The notes below the pieces were generated by a model. It worked only from the letters and a program-made list of their open reading frames with translations. It had not been told where the DNA came from and searched no databases. Made by a program: the position numbers and the translations under genes. Below are positions 53,201-64,000 of a stretch of DNA of 64,000 nt, piece after piece (position 1 is the first letter of the stretch; each line of letters begins with the position of its first letter). The stretch comes from Rhynchobatus australiae (taxonomy: Eukaryota): assembly GCA_034780895.1 (NCBI GenBank), contig JAUZTB010000107.1, positions 18,790,113 through 18,854,112 on the forward strand. The letters are read 5' to 3'.

Positions 53201-53799
53201 CAAACATCCTTACTACTTTGCTTTTTTAGCCATCTAAATGGACAACCTTCTGTGTTGGCTTCATCCTAATTACCCTTTCAGTCTGTGTTGTTTTATAATG
53301 ACTTGCTTTCTGGGAAGTGGGAATCACGTTATCCAATCATTTCTAATTATATAAACAACTTGATTGGATCATGTAAATCATACAGCTGTCATATTATTAC
53401 CACTGTATGGATAATCTCCTTGGGCCACTTCTGTGTTCCTTAAAGGCTGCGAGCAAGGCTACTCTGCACTTGTTGTCTGAGACGGCCTTATGTTGCAGCT
53501 TTATCATGGGGTTCCAGCCCAGATGCACATATGACTTTAGAGTCTGTACCTTGTGGGTTTATGTGCAGTTGAATCGTACTTGGGAAAGCTAGAGTTCTCC
53601 AAGTGATGTGTCTGTTTTCCTCAAGTTTAGATGGCACATATACAGAACAATACACGCATAATCAAATATCTCCAACGTGATGTCACACATTGGCATATGC
53701 TTCCCCCATTAAAAGAAGTGTGAAACTAGGTTAATGACATTTACAAGTTTACTAGTTTAACCATTTATCTGGGTTTCAAATTCTCTTTCATCTTTGCAA

Positions 53800-54110
53800 T
53801 TGTCTGTGGGGTTGGGGCAGAAATAAGCCATATTATGGCCAATGGTCAGGAAAGGCTCATTGCCTAGGCATCTTGCACACCAAGGAAGAGTGAGAAGAAC
53901 TATGCTCAGATAGAAAAGGAGGCATTGGCATCATATTTAGGATCACAGGATTCCACCGGTTCATGTTAGGTGGACCATTCACATTGATCACTGATCACAA
54001 ATCTTCATTGGTCATTCTTAAAACGAAGCCTGCAATTCCCACAATGGTGGTCTTGAGAACGCAGAAGTGGGCTGTATTTTTATCCTGATGTGGCAATAAC
54101 ATTGAAAACA
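53800..54110 (+). mobile_element. Ty3/Gypsy RNase H relic
   Basis: Translates as CGVGAEISHIMANGQERLIA*ASCTPRKSEKNYAQIEKEALA and FTLITDHKSSLVILKTKPAIPTMVVLRTQKWAVFLS, matching the Gypsy RH motifs NYAQIEKEALA and TDHKPL. Confidence 0.9.
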
Positions 54111-54114
54111 GAAC

Positions 54115-55720
54115 ATTCAAATTGCCTCACCATTGAATATGTGAATATTGTGTCCCTTAGTGTGGATAAAAGGGTGTTTGAACAGATCTGCACATTGTCC
54201 TTGAAACTTAATAAAATGTGGCTCATCTTTCTAATTCACCTTTAATTCAGTGAGCCAAGCTTTCTGTAACGGTGTTGATCCCTTTGTGTAATTCACTGCT
54301 GTATCTAGTAATTTCACTTTTAGATCATTTGAGAAATGACACAACACATCTGACCTGGAGTTAGAATCAAATAATCACAGAAAATTCACGGCTCAGAAGG
54401 AGGCCATTTTCCCCACAGTCTCTAAGCTGGGGAAAAAGAGCTACCAAACCTAATTCTACCTTACTATTAATAGTAGGTCAATACCCCTGCTGGCCATGGC
54501 TCTTCAAGTGCATGGCCAAGTACTAATTAAATGTGGTAAGAGTTTCTGCTTCCAACGAATTCCAGACTCTATCAGACTCTGGGTGAAAACATTGTTCCTC
54601 ATCTCACTGCTTACCCTCCTACCAATTAATTCAGATCTATGTCCCTGGTTTTTGACGCTTCTCATAGGTAAATAGCTCCTTCCTACCTTACACTATCCAG
54701 CCCGACTTCATTTCATATGTCTCAAATAAGTCTCTCCTTAGCTTTCTGTGTTTCAAGGAAAACAACTCTAGTATGTCCAGTTTTAGCCTATAACTACATT
54801 TTTTTTCAATCTTGGCAACAGCCTTGTAAATTAGTGTGTCACTCGAACATGTCTTAAGGTTCAGCATGCTTTTCGCTAATGTCACATTGATAAACCTCAT
54901 ACATATTTCTGCTCCAAACTGATCAGCCAACTATTGTACTGATGTTCATGTTGATAAATTGGTCATCAATTTTACTTTTGATTTTAAAATCACTACACCA
55001 TTGCCATGAATAGTATATACGTATACTTCACATTTCTCGCTGCTAATCAGCTTCAATGCTATATAAACTTCTCCTCCATGACTTTCTGTCAGTGTTTCCT
55101 TACATTGAGAACCTACTTAGCTGACATTATTCTGGCTTGCCATCCTGGGTCTAGCCTTACACATGGAAGTTGTTTTTGCTTTATGGTCAAAAAATTCTGC
55201 TACTCTAAAATGGCACGTTTGTGCAAGACAACCTCCATTACATTGGTAGCAGGTATTCCTGCCTGCTTCATCATTTGTGCAAAACCCACTGAGATGATTC
55301 ATGTTTAATACTGCTGCTCCTGTCTTTGATGCTGCTGTAGACCATGTTAATACTTAAATTATCCACTACCAAAATTCTAGCCATCTCCATCAATATGACT
55401 ATTTTACAGACACGCCCAAGCATTGTCTTGTGCATTCAATAATTCATCTGCTCATCTGTCATACAATTTTGTCCTGCCGTAGCTGATTCAGGAAGGTACT
55501 AAAATTACATGGGCACAACAAATTCTGTTAAATCTCTATATAATCATCGATAGTCTTGCCTGCTCCCTGGTTTCTTGTCCTGAATTTGTAACTTACTGTG
55601 ATGTCCACAGATGATGGATTGAAGTGATTCAGCAATCTCTCTGAAATCTCATCAAAGAAACCTCGTTCATTTTTCAGGGTCTGTGCAGTGATATACATAT
55701 CCAAGCCCATCTCTTAAGAC
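54115..55720 (-). mobile_element. Ty3/Gypsy gag-protease relic interrupted by a CR1
   Basis: Gag-like FDEISERLLNHFNPSSVDITVSYKFRTRNQGAGKTIDDYIEI, decayed zinc knuckle CYQCNGGCLAQTCHFRVAEFF, and protease-end-like KAWLTELKVN*K...CADLFK near 54180-54270. Confidence 0.75.
54362..54830 (-). mobile_element. CR1 3' fragment nested in the Gypsy relic
   Basis: Translates as SYRLKLDILELFSLKHRKLRRDLFETYEMKSG, with a CR1 tail at about 54365-54420. Confidence 0.8.
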
Positions 55721-58700
55721 TTCTTTCTTACAATCTTGAATGGCTTCATTTTGAGCAGGCACCATTTTGTCCTCGCCCTCAATTTCCACGATATTGTTTG
55801 TCATGAGAAACATCTCTGTTAAGAACTTAAGACCTCCGCATTTTATTGGACTCCAATGCTCTTGACATCGCTGCCATTGGACTCTTGGAAGATAAGAATC
55901 TCTGTGACCTTGACTATCACAAGCCACACTGTTGATGTACTCATGTGAGGTTGTCTTTGAAGTTATAGGAGCTCAGAGATCTCAGTGAAGATAAAGAATG
56001 AAGTTTGAGTACTGGAGCTTTAAAGGACATGGTTTCAGGGGAAACTGATTAGTAAAACCTGGTGGTACAGAGAGTAAATATTTTTTTCAGACTAGTGACA
56101 TTCAAAATTTCACTGCAAAATAATTTTATATGTTTCACCGCTGTTGACATATTTTGGGGGTGTTTTGAGGCAGGAAAAAGTGCTGGGGAGCATGAAAATC
56201 CTGCCAAAAATGAGCAGGCAAATATTCCAGGTGCAAGGGCATCCAGAAATGAACACGAGATTGCCCTATGCTGGTTAGATTTTTAATAGCACTGGACATC
56301 TTCTTTTGGAGTTGCATGGATGATTTTATAGATATCTCTCCCTCATAATCCAACCATAAATCATACTGGGTGTTCTTCCTTCCTCCCTGAGGTCTTTGAT
56401 AGGCAAGTTAACATGTGTTTATCACATCCTTTCTAATATTTGGTTGCTAAGCAGTATAGAAAAAGACTTCAGGAAAATCACAGGGAATTTGTTTATGACA
56501 TGGGAGAGAGAACTAGGAAATAAGTTTTTAAATTGGGATGGGGGAACGGGTTGGACACAGCACTTTAAAAATTGCCTGAGATGAAATGGCCAGGCAACTG
56601 TTGCAGTAATGGTTTCCAAAGCAAAATGGTTAGAGGTTCAAATCCCAGACTTTGCTTTGTTCTTATTGGGCAAGTTTTTCCAATTCACTCTGAGGTTATT
56701 GTGTTCGTAGAGCTCCATACTGTTGAGGAAACTGTTGCTTGAGATCACTTCAGTGCTGGCTATGGAGATATCATTGTTCCAGGTTCTCTTAGTAGCCAAC
56801 TGAAGATTCAATTACAGGCTATAGCTATGGGAATTCTATAAAGTGGTATCTGGATGATTGAACAAGAACTGTAAGAACAGTAGACCCTAATGTACATGGG
56901 AAACACAGATAGGCAGATGCTGCTCTTACATAAGAGTACATTTAGCAAATTCACATTCTCAGAAAGGAAATTAGGTTGCAGGGGATGCAGATTGGATCAA
57001 GGCCTATAACTTGGTAATGTAACTTTCCTAATCCATGATCCCTTCCAATTCTTTATTTGAAACACAAGACTGATGCCTTGACCCTATGGTGTTGTTTGAT
57101 TCTCTCCAGCCCACTTAGTTTATTGAATCTTGTCCAACAAATTACTTTGGGGACACAATGAACAGACAGCCTGGTTCCAGCCTTATGCATAAGCGACTAA
57201 CGTGATTGGTTTTTCATATGTGTAAGGATGCCTAGAGTGACTTGTTCACCATATCCTGGTTCCAGGCTTTTCCAGGACAGCTCATATTCTCAACTTAAAC
57301 TACGTTTTTATGCTATTAAGCAACAGATCATTAATTCTGAAGATACAAACATTTGGATTAGTGCACAGGGACTTTTCATAAAGCTTTGCGAGAGACTGGG
57401 CTGAAAATTGACCACCAAGAAATCTGTATTATAACAAGATTGTTTGCTTTGGCAGACCCACATGATTAGGCCAGAAACAAAGAATCTGACTGAGAACCAA
57501 ATATTCGGATGTGAAAGGTGACCTGCAAAGTGGATTGCTGTGACTAGTTTTATTTACTTGCTGATCCTTGCTTTGTGCTTCTGCAATGTATTTTGCTTCT
57601 TCATGGTTACAAGGCAAATAATGCTTTAGGCAAGAATGATTAAACGTGACCCATTGCTTGCTCAATTCTTTTGGTTTCATAGGTTTGATAAAATTAACTT
57701 TATGGGAGGTGATAGGCAACAGAAACGTGGAAAGAAACTGGGAGATGGAGGACTGGGGGGGGGGGGGGCTTGGAAAGAAGGATATGTGATATGTGTAAGA
57801 AGGGCCACCAGCACTGCCTGCTTTGACACAAACAATGAGATTTTATTTAGTGACCCCTGGAAAATATATTTGTGATAAGCTCCTACTCAGGGTTTGGATT
57901 AATATATTGGATATCTTTGCCACCTGCTTTAAAACTGCCAGCAGCAGCAAGGCAATGTAGAGCTTATGCATATATAGAGCCAGTGACTTTCGGCTGTTGA
58001 ATCTTGACTGCCCCATATTCCAGACAATAACACCCAATTAGGTGATTCTGCAGTCTGCCACAGAAGGAAACCTTCCTCACAACATCGCATGCACCAAAAC
58101 CTCATTTTAACAGTTCTTTTTAACATTATAATTCCTAGTTTTTATTTCTAATGCTATTTGTTAATTGTTATAGTTTCTCGCATTCAGGTATAACTTGATG
58201 CTTTCGTATAAATGCAAAATTTGATTGCATCAAGTGCAAAGATTTATGATTAACAAAACATGGCCAATGTCGTACTTTTTGTTTGCACCTTTTCAGCTCA
58301 CAGATAGAAGTACAGAAGAGCTGCATCATTCATTTTTCTGTAACTTGGTGCTTGTCCACTCAGTTATTGTCTCCCTTTCCCTCTCTCTGAGCTGAAGTTT
58401 CTGGAGCCTCACTGCATCTCTAAAAGGGCATTGGGGATTCTTGTCAGTATCCTGGCTCAACAGGGCCGTTAGCATAAAGGAGCAGATATCTTACAGCACT
58501 GCAGATATGTCCACTTTTCTGGAGTTCAGCAAAGTCAGTGTGACATCTTGCCTACTCTGGTGGGAAGAAGGTGAGCAGGTGGAAATTTTCAGGCGTTTTT
58601 CTGTTAAAAGCTTCTGAAAATGTTCCATTGCCATATTCTGGTGGCTCTTTTCTGATGTCAACTGATCATTCGGTTGAATTTCCATTGGGCGTTTGCCTGT

Positions 58701-60769
58701 TGTGAAGAAACTGCCAGGATTTTTGAGGTTGTGCTGACATAAAGTAAATCTTATAAGCAAATTTGCTAGAAACAGTGAATATGAAAAATGAATGTCTTGT
58801 ATTATATGACTTGTAAATTTTATGGACAAGGGATATTTTTGGGAAAATAAATTTTGGGGATTTCTGGTTGAACCCCTTAGATGGGTGGTCAATGTGCCCT
58901 TGAAAATGGAATCCAAGACTGAAGCAGGTAGCACTTTCCTCAGATTCCTAGCACTGCATCATCCCCATCTTTGTCACATGTGTATTTCCTCTGTTCTTTT
59001 AAATCTAGGAATTTCATGGTTACCTCTTTATGTTTATCTTCTCACTCTTCTTGAATGGCTAGCCTAATTTCTTTCTCATTGTCCTTTTTTCATTTTTATT
59101 TGTATCCTTCTTTCTGCAATTAAAATAGGTGGAAATTCTCTCTTTTGAATCTATAAAATACCATGAAAAAATTACTGCAAAATTTTCCACAAACATGCAC
59201 ATGTACATAGATATTGATCTCATTCTTGGATAGTCTTCCTACCATTCATGCTTTATGAAGTAACATTTATCAAAATTCTCACTTAGTAACAATGAGTGAA
59301 ACTAGTGCAGACTTAGATCCTGTAGCTTGTGGGGGCATTCTCAAACTGTCCATTCTAACAATTAGGGAATAGTGGATGACACATAAGGTTACATGGAGTG
59401 TGTGCTGGAACAGTACTGGGGAAAAAATGCACCAACAAGAAAAAGAACTAAAAATGATCAAATCCATCTGTCAAAAGCTTGAAAGGCTACCGCGGCCAAG
59501 GGATGATGTAATAAATAGAAGGAGTTCTCAAAGGGGCTTGATCTGTGATTTTCCACCATTATTTTCTCCAGCTTTAGTTGACACTTTCTTCAAACAATTA
59601 CTTCAAGCTTAACCAGATATTTTTCCCGCTGTATTAAGAATATTTTGAGCACTACATTTATTAGTGAACAGTTGTGTTATAATCTCTATCGAAATAAAGC
59701 TGGTGTAGCACTATCTCAATGTTATATCAGGTTATTTTTCTTCCTTTAAGACATTCTCATGACAATTCCTGCTCCAAGGTGCAATAAATCTCAGAAGTTA
59801 CTGGTCATTTTCTTACAGACAATGAACATTAGTATTTCCTAGTCTTTGCAGATGGCATTCTGGCAAACTCTTGTGTGGCAGAATTTTACAACGATTCATG
59901 GCACTGGTGAAAATTCCAAATGAAGGAAATTAGTGGAATTTGTTTGGAATTCTGATGCCTTTACATTCAATCCGGCAACCTAACTCACTGAGATGTTGCA
60001 CACAGTGATTATTGAACCTGTTGAATAATAAAAATTAATTTTTCTCCTCAGCTGCATTGTTTCACTAAAATCCAGATGCCGACATGTTCTTCAATGTGTT
60101 TTTAATTTGCTGATTTCTTTTAAGGATTTTTATATCATCAACTTTTTTTTTAGTCTTAGAACTGCAGCCAACACTTTTGGCAATTAAGTTTGACCTTGGC
60201 ATTTGCAGGAGTAGAAGACAAATTACACATGAATACTAATTAAATGTTAGAGATCTGCAAGCAGATTTGAAATAGCCATATTTCCTTAACTCTAGTGTGG
60301 CAAGTTATGGGTAAGTCTATGTTTGAAGTTCTACATTGAAAGGATAGAGGGGCTGAGACTNNNNNNNNNNNNNNNNNNNNNNNNNNNNNNNNNNNNNNNN
60401 NNNNNNNNNNNNNNNNNNNNNNNNNNNNNNNNNNNNNNNNNNNNNNNNNNNNNNNNNNNNCTGAGACTGACTGGCACTGGAAAACAGATGTGGACCTTGA
60501 AATATGTGATTAGTCTGGGTCTGCTTGAGGTCGCCTGCAGAATTTATGCTGCAACATTATTATCACGAATGGTGCGACCAGCCAGTGCTAACTGCAATGT
60601 TACTGGCCTTAATCCATACAGATCTGCTATAATTTTGGGAGTGACTAGCATCAGCTAGAGGTAGCAAGTGATAATTTACCACAAGTCTGCACCTCATAAA
60701 GTGATGGTTTATGGCAGCAAATAATAGTGGAAATCACAGATCAAGTCCCTTTGCAAGACAGTGGTGACT

Positions 60770-61000
60770 GACCACAGCGGGAAGCACTCCTCATTTCTCT
60801 AATGCAGCATTTAAGCCACTGGGGATGAGGTAGAGAGGAAGAGAAATAACCTATCTCCTCAAATGGATAGGAGGCCGAATAGGTACTGTAGATGGTCAAT
60901 CACTAGTGTGAGGAGGCTGCAGTGAAAGTGATCACGAGGAATAAAGCCTTAAGGAGCTGGACTCAATGCAGGAAGAAGTTTAATAACCTATGCAAGTCTT
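60770..61000 (+). mobile_element. Harbinger accessory Myb/SANT-like (trihelix) ORF relic
   Basis: Frameshifted segments PHFSNAAF, DEVERKRNNLSP and EEAAVKVITRNKALRSWTQCRKKFNNL match the Myb/SANT motif R.W.QCRKKFNDL of Harbinger ORF1/NAIF1-like proteins. Confidence 0.75.
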
Positions 61001-61539
61001 TGATATATCTATATCTCCCTTCTCTCAACATGCAACGTTACTCTCAGATACTGCTAAATACTGTACGCTTCCACATTCATTTAACAAGTTTTTCAGTTAA
61101 GAAGGACTCACTGCTAACATTCATATATCTCACTGCAACCTCACACACTTAACACTACTCCAAGCTTTACACCCACATCTCACAGCTAGCATACATTGTC
61201 AGCTATTCAGTGATGGCAGAGATGTCAGACAAACACAAGGACTCACTAAAACACTTTCTTGGTCCTGCAAGACAAGGTGGCACTCTTTTTCACTATATCT
61301 GGCACTGCCATCATTGATATGAAGGCTATGAAGGCTAAGTGTTACTTTAGCTCCACTATGATCTCCACTGGAAGTAACACTGACAAGGAGGGCCGCTGGG
61401 GGTGAGCCTCAGCAGCCAGGAGTCAAATGAATTGGGTTTCCGATCCTAATGTAGGCTGGCATCTGTCTCTCAGCATGTCCCAAATTCTGGCAGGCCGTGT
61501 AATACTGGCACTTAGTTAAGAAGGAAATTTGACTATTCC

Positions 61540-61790
61540 TTTTGGAATCAATGAACACAGTCAGCTTCATTTACCCCTTTGTCATTTATTGCTACAATCC
61601 AAATTACTTACAATGTGGCCTATCCATGTATCATTGGCAAACTTAAATGAGTCATCTAATTTGTTTGTAGATATGGTAAATATTTAAGTTCCGACAATGA
61701 TCCTTGCAAAATATCTTTTGTCACATCCTGCGAATTTGAAAACTAGTAGATTATACTTTACTCCCTGTCATTCAGCCAATTTCCTGATCT
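61540..61790 (-). mobile_element. Decayed CR1 RT fragment
   Basis: tatcattggcaaactt (reverse of KFA.D) and adjacent reverse-strand CR1 remnants. Confidence 0.5.
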
Positions 61791-62544
61791 GATCAAAAAT
61801 AGCCCTCAGTTCATTCTTGAATTTTGCTCCTAGCTCCACTGAGTATTGCAAGGCTCCTTCAGAGTGGTCCAGCGATGGAAGTATTGATTCCAGATACCAA
61901 TTTACATAGCAGCTTGGCACTCTTTGTATCATGTTGTGCCCATGGGTATACTTTAAATACTGGCATCATTTCTGCAAATGTCACTAAATAGCCTTTGTTA
62001 CACAATGGCTGTCCTTTGGTTTGTATTGATGGCTTGAATACAGACAGCAAAGCAGATGGCCAAGTAATGAAGATATCATAATTGCTGCCAAAATATTGGC
62101 ATTGATGTGCACTAGCGGGTGTTCATGGTAACAAATAAGCTGAACACTGAGAGAGTGGAAACCATTTTGGTTGCAGTATATCTCAGAATTGATGTGAATC
62201 ACTTGCAAAACACTGTCCTACAGTCAGTGACATTCTGCAGATGGAGACAGCAGCTACCCTCCAGAAAGTGTCTCTCCATCTGCTGCTCTCTGGCAAGGAA
62301 TAATGAAATGTTGTTGGCTCTCTGAACAGAGATCATCTGCAACCTCCTTGTGCAACAATGGGTGGCAAACTGGAAGATTTGCAAATATTTCCAGCTCCAC
62401 TCCAGCTTGGAAGCAGCATTAAAGGACTGTTAAAAGTACCAAGCCCTTGTAGAATCAAGTTAATCAGCAACTAACCTGCCAACCCAGGAGCAGGTATGAT
62501 CATTGTCAATAGTATTGTTGATGGTTCCATTCCATTTGCCCTCT

Positions 62545-63192
62545 ACAGTGTGTGGGAAATCATGCCTCACTAATTTAATTGAGTATTTTAAGAAAAAAGA
62601 GGTGACTGAGAGCATTGACAAGGGCAGAGTGGTGGATGTTGTCTCTGTGGACTTTAGCATGGCTGGTCCAGAAAGTTAGATCACATGGGATCCAGGGTGA
62701 GGTAGCCAATTGGATACAAAATTGGCTTGGTGGTAGGAGTCAGAGGGTGGTAGTGGAGGGTGATTTTCAGATTGGAGGCCTGTGACTAGTGGTGTGCCAC
62801 AGGGATTGGTGTTCAGTCCCTGTTGTATGTCAAATATATTAATGATTTGGACAATGGTGAAGAAGGTTATCTAAGAGCACAATGGGATCTTGATCAACTG
62901 GGTCAGTGGGCTGAGGAATGGCAGGAATGGAGTTTAATTGTATTATGTTGTGCTTATGGGTATATTTCAAATACTGACATAATTTCTGCAAATGTCACAC
63001 AGTGGTGGTCCTTTGGTTTGTATTGATGGCTTGAATACAGAGGGTAAGTACAAGGTGTTACATTTTGTTAAGACAAACTAGGGCAGGACTTACACAGTAA
63101 ATGGTAGGGTCCTGGGACCGTTGTAGAACAGAGAGACCTAGCAGTGCAGGTACATAGTTCCTTGAAAGTACGACACAGGTAGACAGGGTGAT
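62545..63192 (+). mobile_element. CR1 RT fragment carrying a non-CR1 insert
   Basis: gtggatgttgtctctgtggactttagc, gtgactagtggtgtgccacagggattggtg (SGVPQG) and YINDLDNGEEGYLRAQWDLDQLGQWAEEWQ, with an insert at 62941-63040. Confidence 0.88.
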
Positions 63193-64000
63193 TGTTTGTT
63201 CAGATGTAGATGGTTAAGCAAAGGTAAAAGCTACAACACAAACTCCAAAATGGCAGCACTACCATCAAGTCAGTATTGCACACAAAATGATGTCATGCTC
63301 TGCCCACTCGCAAACTTACAGCAAGAGACTCTTAGCAATATAATGTCCCTATAACTCTCACCATAAAGAGCATGCATTTGTCAGACATAATTTTGAAATT
63401 TAATTGGCATCTAAGGGCATAACAGAAGCAAATTTTGCACCCTTAAGACTTATCCATTTAATGCTTATAGGGGGTGGTAGGCTACAGTAGTTTACTGGAT
63501 TTTGTACAATTTAATATTAACTATGCCACTGCTGAGAACATCTTTATTTGATAATTTATATGCAACATATACAGCATTAAGAGGAACATGTACAGCTACT
63601 GAATTCTCTCACCCTGTTGGTCAAATTAAAATACTCACTCAAAGGATGAGAATAGCTGATGGAAGGATCCCCAGTGGCCTTTATCCTTAAAGTGTCATGT
63701 TTCCCACATGTGGCAAAGAGAACAAACTGTCAAGAAGGATCTGCTCAATCAACTTTACTGTTACTTTCTGCTAAATGGTCCAAGCGGTAAAAAGATTGTA
63801 AGCAAGTTTAATGAAACAAGATTAAATAAGACTGATAAGTGATGTACAGCTATTATTTTTTAATGTTGCTGAATAACATGTTTTTTTTCTCTTTAACCCA
63901 AGGTAAAAAGTAGTTTGTCTATATATCATTTAACCATAAGGGAGTTGAGGAAACTCTCAGAGTATTGATAAAGGCACACGACTGAAGCCTGTCAGCTGTA

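Larger units (their letters stand above)
590..60460. other. Multiple assembly gaps (N runs)
   Basis: Examples: 590-689, 4187-4286, 5520-5951, 14139-14238, 15007-15241, 16594-16693, 17356-17455, 19629-20082, 20704-20803, 22858-23057, 35577-36535, 60361-60460. Many are exactly 100 or 10 N. ORFs spanning them are artefacts. Confidence 0.97.

Noticed and set aside
59283-59415. Minus-strand segment with a strong acceptor and a gtgag donor
   Set aside because: Its phase (1->2) is incompatible with the neighbouring candidate exon and the peptide is unrecognisable. It could be non-coding or chance.
62121-62283. RFX X-box-like gttcatggtaac and an 11-bp inverted repeat gcagatggaga/tctccatctgc
   Set aside because: The left half-site is poor and a short stem is expected by chance at this scale.

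Overview
This is AT-rich vertebrate genomic DNA from a gapped scaffold. The repeat content (HE1/V-SINE-like SINEs, CR1 LINEs, Penelope-like elements) points to an elasmobranch, probably a batoid; that assignment is inference. The one well-supported gene is the 3' part of EFCC1 (CCDC48) on the minus strand. It has six phase-consistent coding exons (31394-31249, 29047-28912, 25540-25375, 21594-21436, 21180-21111, 12769-12636) giving about 269 C-terminal residues that end ...NPLLISC*. Its 5' exons were not found and probably lie beyond the right edge, so 31.4-64 kb is most likely one long intron. The rest is intronic or intergenic DNA with decayed transposons: nested CR1, SINE and Penelope insertions, Harbinger transposase and Myb/SANT remnants, a rearranged Ty3/Gypsy relic and an ancient LINE RT fragment. 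The most notable signals are several decayed minimal hammerhead-ribozyme motifs in Penelope-derived, often palindromic elements, a locally templated insertion inside a CR1, TSD-like duplications flanking assembly gaps, and several exon-like segments in the long intron, one with a hairpin over its acceptor. No wholly new system is demonstrated. Family and orthologue assignments come from recalled motifs, not database searches.
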